From a virus (Duplodnaviria; Caudoviricetes): 30,508 bases of DNA. Of this stretch, positions 27,501 through 30,508 are shown piece by piece. Position numbers and translations under genes: made by a program. The notes beneath the pieces were generated by a model that saw nothing but the letters and a program-made list of their open reading frames with translations, was not told the origin of the DNA and ran no database searches. The stretch spans positions 1 through 30,508 of IMG/VR virus record IMGVR_UViG_3300031689_000037. One strand, 5' to 3'. Each line of letters begins with the position of its first letter. Position 1 is the first letter of the stretch.

Positions 27501-30340
27501 AAACAAAGGGTGAGAACCTGAAGCAAATGCTAAAGGATAGGCTAATATCTGACTCTGACTTTGAACTTATGACAAGGTTTGAGGACCTTATTGGTAATAC
27601 TGAGGAAGAACTTACATTAGAGGGGTTAGAGCAGAAAGCAAAAGAAAGGAGGGACGCTGCAATAGAAGACTTTGAAGCAGCTATGGATGAAATACCTGCG
27701 TCATTGCCAAACCTTTCAAGAGATGATAAGGAAGCGGTTAGGTTTGCAAATGGTCTAAAAATGAAAGACCTTGAAAGTTTAAGTACTGCACAAATAAAGA
27801 AGCTTACAAGAGGAGTTGAAATGCTTCAGGCAGGATATGTTACCACAGAATTAGTTCAATCAAAAGTACGGGTGGAGGCTAATAGGGATACAACAGAGAC
27901 CCTTATAAGCGAAACAGAGGAAAGAGGAAAACTTGACAAAGCTATATCTAAAGCTAAAGTCTTTGTAACCAATCTTTTTAGAAAGAGAAATAAGAAGATT
28001 ACCTCTATAGAGAATAGAATTAAATCAACTCCACTTACAAATATAGACCAAATACTTAACGCAGGAGCTAAAAAGTTTAAATCGACAAGAATTTATGAAT
28101 CTATATTTAGACCTGTTGGAGCCGCATTCTCAAAAACAGAAGATTTCTTAAAACAAGTAAAGAAAAAACTACAAGTAGCTGAAACCTATTTAGATTTAAA
28201 CGGCAATAAGAGGTATGTTCAAAAAGCTAAGGTAATGATTTACCAAATTCAAAGAGAGTATGAAAGCAACCCAGATAACAATGAGGTAAGTAAAGCTATA
28301 GAGTGGATTAAAGCTACACTTGATGACCCTGAATCAAATATTTCAGATGTAGAGAGAGAAGCGATAGAGAAGATTAGAGACGAGTTTACTGTAAACGGAC
28401 AGATAGATTCTAAAAAGATTTTAGATAGCCTTACGAGTAAGGAGAAGAAGTATATGGCGATTATAGACGAGGGGTATAAGAGCGTAGAGTTTATGGTTGC
28501 TGCTGACGCAAAGATGCAAGGTAAGCTATTTGTTCTTAGAGAGAACTATGTTCACCTACCAAGAGTTACTAAAAGTAAAAATTCAATGAGTGATGATTTG
28601 AAAGAAATATCAAGTAGCTTTACAAATCCAGCACTAAAAAACAAAGCTTTGACACAAAGAGATGGTACAGCACACGCAATATCATTTGACCCTACATTTA
28701 ATGTAAATGCAATAACAAAAAAAGCTGCAATTAGTTACTATATGTACCCAGCAGTCAAAAAAGCTAAAATTACATTAGGAGGCGTCAAGAAGAATGCGCA
28801 AACTGACTTTCAGAAAGAAACGGCAGACGCATTGGAGAGTGTTTTTGATGGAATAGTTAAAAGCCAATATGCTCATTTATCTGCCGATAAAGCTTTTATA
28901 GAGAAAGCTTTAGCGTTTTTAGGTAGAGCAGGTTACCTAGCACAGCTTGCAGGTCCTATTAAGGCGGTAGTTGAATTAGCAACCAACTTAACTCACGCAT
29001 TATTTGTAAATCCAACAGGTTTGATTTCTGGGTTTGACACTTTAAAGATTAACTCTAGGGAGATTATGAATAAAGCTATTGACTATTTGCCAACAACCCA
29101 AAACAATAGGTTGAGTGGAAAGGGAGTTAAAGACAGTAAGGAGGTAGATAGTAGATTAATAAACGACTCCTTAAACATACTTGAACAAGAGGAGATGACT
29201 TCTGAATTTAGAGCTAAAGTAAACACTATATTTAAGTTTGCTAAGAAACCAGCAAGTGCAATAATAAAGTTTAACGAAAACTTGATTTCAAGACCAGACA
29301 CAATTGTAGCCAGGCCTTTGTTTGTTGGTGTTTTTAATAAGTCTTTTGAGAATATAGCACAAGAAAAACCCAACTGGGAGAAGATTGCAAGTGATGAATC
29401 ATACAGAGATAAGTTTAGAGATGCTATTAAGCAAGCTACTGAGGATGGGGATACTGCTGTTGTAGATAACGCTGCTTCTAACAACCCGTTTGATGGTATT
29501 CCTAAAAACGTACTTGATAAAGATGCTACTCCCGTAAAACAAGCACTACAGATGGTGGATAGGTATATGACAAGGTTTAGAACCTTTGAATACTACTCGG
29601 CATTGAAAGGAATACAAGGATTAATGGGTAAAGGTAAACTAACGCCAACTCAAGGGGCAATGCTTTTAGCAGGAACTGTAGCTCGTTTATCTCTGTATAA
29701 GATGGGTATTGATATGGTTTTTACTTTGATATTCTCAATGTTAGGTATAGACAAAGAGGAAGATGAGATAGATTTAGAAAAAGATTTAACCAAAGGAGTG
29801 TTAGGTGCAGTTGCTACACTTGCACTTGGAAGAAGCTTTGGTAATATTGCTCAGATGCCAATAAACTATGGGACTGAGTGGTTAAATAAGGAGTACGGAG
29901 AAGGCATAACAAGGTCAGGAGAGTATAACCAGTATAAGGATGGTCTGGTTTTTTCCAAGATTCCTATGGAGGTTAAACCTCAAGATAATATGGTTGAAAA
30001 AATTGTAACCTCATCACTTGGTTCTTACAGTCCAATGGTTAAAACTTTAACAAGAGGTGGGAAAGTAGCAACAAAAGCTGCAACACTGAAGACCGAAGAA
30101 TCTAGAGATAGAAACTTTGGAGAACTTACAACAAGAATACCTTTTGAGATAGCAGGGAACTTAGGGGTAATTCCAGGGTACAAGAGCCTTAGAAAGATAT
30201 ATTTAAAATATCTTTATGGAGGGATTAAAAATTCAGCAACCTCAAAACAAAATAAAATAAGCAGATTTACAGGTCCAAAAATAAATAATTCTAAAGACAA
30301 AGTAAAATCAAGATTTACAGGTCCAAAAATAAATAAATAA
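21515..30340 (+). CDS. Giant polyvalent virion/ejection protein (2941 aa): N-terminal repeats, hydrophobic helices, zincin, LPD23+zincin, ART-like domain, helical C-terminus
   Basis: HEVFH at 24803 with EESIAE. LPD23-like ARQME...IRIATGWERGADGKWRYEI, then HEIQH at 25664 and GEVEARNVQ. ART-like VFRAG...GTGFYF...AQKYA...GFDGV...VVYD at 26136-26650. Confidence 0.8.
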   Translation: MEEENLFEYEGVSYSEAALREAYPETFDEYVNQGVLTKVGGEEPVEVEDVKEESFYEYDGESYPESSLRDLYTDSFDDYVEQGVLTKVDGLGKPIAVEDSATARDMDLESEDGLSGSQEEDTLLERTFGKNELTDSLGDVWRAAVQGISQSKVVDPSMDLMTSGADASLGEIYKYIRVNEELSKNQKIQDEMASWDKDVDKNGGGAYGILMATINNPGIAIPVMVSSMATMVGSLQSEQAVASTAVGVGLGGAAGLSGAILAPATVPIGMAVGGFAALSGTMEAALTFNELLQEEIGGVLTPEKVKMVLSDPEKLSTLRQKAIARGAVITAVDFITAGVAGKLTGTVLKKAVPLGTSIASRAAIKTAGVAGGVLVEGAGGGIGEASARAVIGQEMDAKDIALEVIGEFGGAGISVVPAAYNNLKIVSGRVEANKTATEGGYKNASSVFDPNTDIDETTITLAANKNTSNLVDEQVEIEVANGRMTQEESNAIKENFRSTQGAVNTANKIDRLTSENKPEVVNLLIEEAKLKNKIKDVDNVSLTKTEAVRLKEVQVRLEEISNPKEEAVSEIETEEETGVPPTPEEPASVETAPAEEAIPQEELEEVRGSQKERRGQGSLLDNVNKEEKVYLNGKEGNIKIDPTNENTIIFESSDEIIELGNKDEVGSESLAGFGLTTMPPEGLDVQTKTADSDVVFIDGKEYNVIGRSRDKKGKAVIKVKEVVRTTDKKTGEPVIKSGLQRRIVGAKAERVLKDVQRRKEKKETPLPLKTEGKEVTTPTKKERRAERVAEKKKAREEHDKKSLEELSQIDEESQKSIQEFEEMALEDAAQESKNKDLVQVGEDIFQVTKNDDGSFAVSQMNESGKLIGTREEGKRSKAIGVFKSKKSNQERRALAKAEKLVDEFKKEEAQKIDDAINESLSARQQKSDGSKPAFNERISAPESIVTKSLQVLRNSYAAGNSLVQSIEDALSFIEEQGFSANEFYFKDFVVDVLSSSKSKETTKATPKTKAAPTETTKATGKESLIGKYGKVRIRRQVAKAKKALSKIAKGVTIEVYETQDEFEAATNGDSVSGGIYEPLTKTIKINLEKANPRTVAHEVFHALLLKDGITNARAQKVTSDMMAAVRKVASPKLLKQLDAFADEYKNEGLKSEESIAELFGILAENYDSSPQSVKDLINDWIRKLAKALNVPVEGILDSDKQVLEFLGVVSGKVARGEVIEESDIELLKSVEGESGSEITVSTRQQIVGENAELSQNVRGNLSVARQMETDNKDAKTIRIATGWERGADGKWRYEIDDIAITGDVTPWTDEWKGEGYITKLNDLVSGGLIEAYPQLEKVTVVKGLSGANFGTFGQMSKTREGWDINLSDRIFNEDVEFGKSVLIHEIQHIIQDIEGFAQGGSLKSAKALKQFAAMPLGMKAVSLMNRIKSIQKEYGDNVTLSFGSHPEYKEYKGKLDKLNQEIDKTADKIRKVDEKFDGLSNFEIYKALTGEVEARNVQTRMNMTPEQRRETTLQETEDVAREDQIFFEQETTTPQTRQQKVFRAGDLVDKAETIYKFDGPRSTGHFGTGFYFFGKKEDAQKYAKRTGTDTTSRIVSEVDLDDYNLAPASIALHKALKNINDEYSSFEFLKRNLNSEVRSYEIEKVARTLGIDLPSDLSSKYAEDITKKLRSSNNKESASTIVMKELGFDGVDATGTELDNSTYGTVVYDIKPQTRQQKAQDDFTIQDVIEDAEQEGLTRKETIEVLQELGFTKDEIRGAVKPVKEKARSVASETTGLSTREAFKQGFTEFFDAIQRGKKIARVKAAENLKEKVNKVRESFKKRLQKEKDNKDARAAVVKDIRAIIKDSGISQFSKRTINKIMTNVKNANVNNMQRMVDEVMDVVNRDIDREVKDARYETLKAARKKLSRLGALKELQKPLMEMLSINPDYLSKAALNFYDKVVVNLANVEKKFDNRASREDLKKAADEVIKAFTADSIAAEELAGKTINPNLDLTKTKGENLKQMLKDRLISDSDFELMTRFEDLIGNTEEELTLEGLEQKAKERRDAAIEDFEAAMDEIPASLPNLSRDDKEAVRFANGLKMKDLESLSTAQIKKLTRGVEMLQAGYVTTELVQSKVRVEANRDTTETLISETEERGKLDKAISKAKVFVTNLFRKRNKKITSIENRIKSTPLTNIDQILNAGAKKFKSTRIYESIFRPVGAAFSKTEDFLKQVKKKLQVAETYLDLNGNKRYVQKAKVMIYQIQREYESNPDNNEVSKAIEWIKATLDDPESNISDVEREAIEKIRDEFTVNGQIDSKKILDSLTSKEKKYMAIIDEGYKSVEFMVAADAKMQGKLFVLRENYVHLPRVTKSKNSMSDDLKEISSSFTNPALKNKALTQRDGTAHAISFDPTFNVNAITKKAAISYYMYPAVKKAKITLGGVKKNAQTDFQKETADALESVFDGIVKSQYAHLSADKAFIEKALAFLGRAGYLAQLAGPIKAVVELATNLTHALFVNPTGLISGFDTLKINSREIMNKAIDYLPTTQNNRLSGKGVKDSKEVDSRLINDSLNILEQEEMTSEFRAKVNTIFKFAKKPASAIIKFNENLISRPDTIVARPLFVGVFNKSFENIAQEKPNWEKIASDESYRDKFRDAIKQATEDGDTAVVDNAASNNPFDGIPKNVLDKDATPVKQALQMVDRYMTRFRTFEYYSALKGIQGLMGKGKLTPTQGAMLLAGTVARLSLYKMGIDMVFTLIFSMLGIDKEEDEIDLEKDLTKGVLGAVATLALGRSFGNIAQMPINYGTEWLNKEYGEGITRSGEYNQYKDGLVFSKIPMEVKPQDNMVEKIVTSSLGSYSPMVKTLTRGGKVATKAATLKTEESRDRNFGELTTRIPFEIAGNLGVIPGYKSLRKIYLKYLYGGIKNSATSKQNKISRFTGPKINNSKDKVKSRFTGPKINK
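26117..26669 (+). repeat. 19-bp perfect in-frame direct repeat flanking the ART-like domain
   Basis: CAAACCCGTCAGCAGAAAG at 26117-26135 and 26651-26669 (534 bp = 178 codons apart). A degenerate third copy, ACCCGCCAGCAGA, is at 25238-25250. Confidence 0.95.
30263..30336 (+). repeat. 26-bp direct repeat at the 3' end of the giant gene
   Basis: AGATTTACAGGTCCAAAAATAAATAA at 30263-30288 and 30311-30336, encoding SRFTGPKIN twice. Confidence 0.95.
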
Positions 30341-30342
30341 CT

Positions 30343-30508
30343 ATGACATACAAAATGAACGGATTGCCACAGATAGGTCGGGAGTTGTCTGCCAAAAAAG
30401 TTTTTAGTAAACAATCAGAATTAATATCCAAAAGAGGACCCATAGATGTAAGAAAAAAAGAAACTCCTAAAACTTTAGAGTCAAAAGTTAACGACTTCTT
30501 AGGTAACC
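30343..30508 (+). CDS. Partial ORF running off the window end (MTYKMNGLPQIGRELSAKK...)
   Basis: ATG 2 nt after the giant gene stop, with A at -3. Frame stays open to the window edge and is not in the ORF track. Confidence 0.65.
   Translation, partial: MTYKMNGLPQIGRELSAKKVFSKQSELISKRGPIDVRKKETPKTLESKVNDFLGN

Noticed and set aside
21515-30340. Giant protein as a crAss/N4-type virion RNA polymerase
   Set aside because: I saw no DxDxD/DFDID-type catalytic motif or T7-like polymerase motifs. The recognisable domains are those of polyvalent proteins.
576-30414. Numerous 60-145 aa minus-strand ORFs
   Set aside because: All are antisense to long + strand genes, with Ser/Leu/Phe-rich composition typical of reverse-complement shadows.
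1-30508. Stop-codon reassignment as in some crAss-like phages; tRNA genes; introns
   Set aside because: Standard-code ORFs tile the window almost completely, core genes are uninterrupted, and intergenic gaps are too short for tRNAs.

Overview
One co-directional (+ strand), AT-rich morphogenesis operon of a lytic podovirus-like tailed phage. It most likely infects Bacteroidota/Flavobacteriia: there are no Shine-Dalgarno sites, 15 of 20 starts have A at -3, and the neck ring and muzzle proteins resemble those of crAss-like/marine flavobacterial phages. Gene order: small ORF, HExxH zincin, holin, two small ORFs, tandem double-GroES co-chaperonin, TerS, TerL, portal, scaffold, major capsid, post-capsid protein, two ring/adaptor proteins, a nozzle ('stabilization protein') split over two genes, and an ejection module. 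The ejection module has a 197-aa pilot-like protein, a 776-aa protein with a C-terminal lysozyme-fold domain, and a 2941-aa polyvalent protein. The most notable observation is in the giant protein. Its effector-like domains (LPD23+zincin, ADP-ribosyltransferase-like) are bounded by a recurring (T/A)RQQ motif that is also an in-frame DNA direct repeat with atypical codons, suggesting a cassette-swappable and possibly proteolytically processed injected polyprotein. GATC also appears absent from the window. All family assignments come from motif recognition by eye, not database searches.
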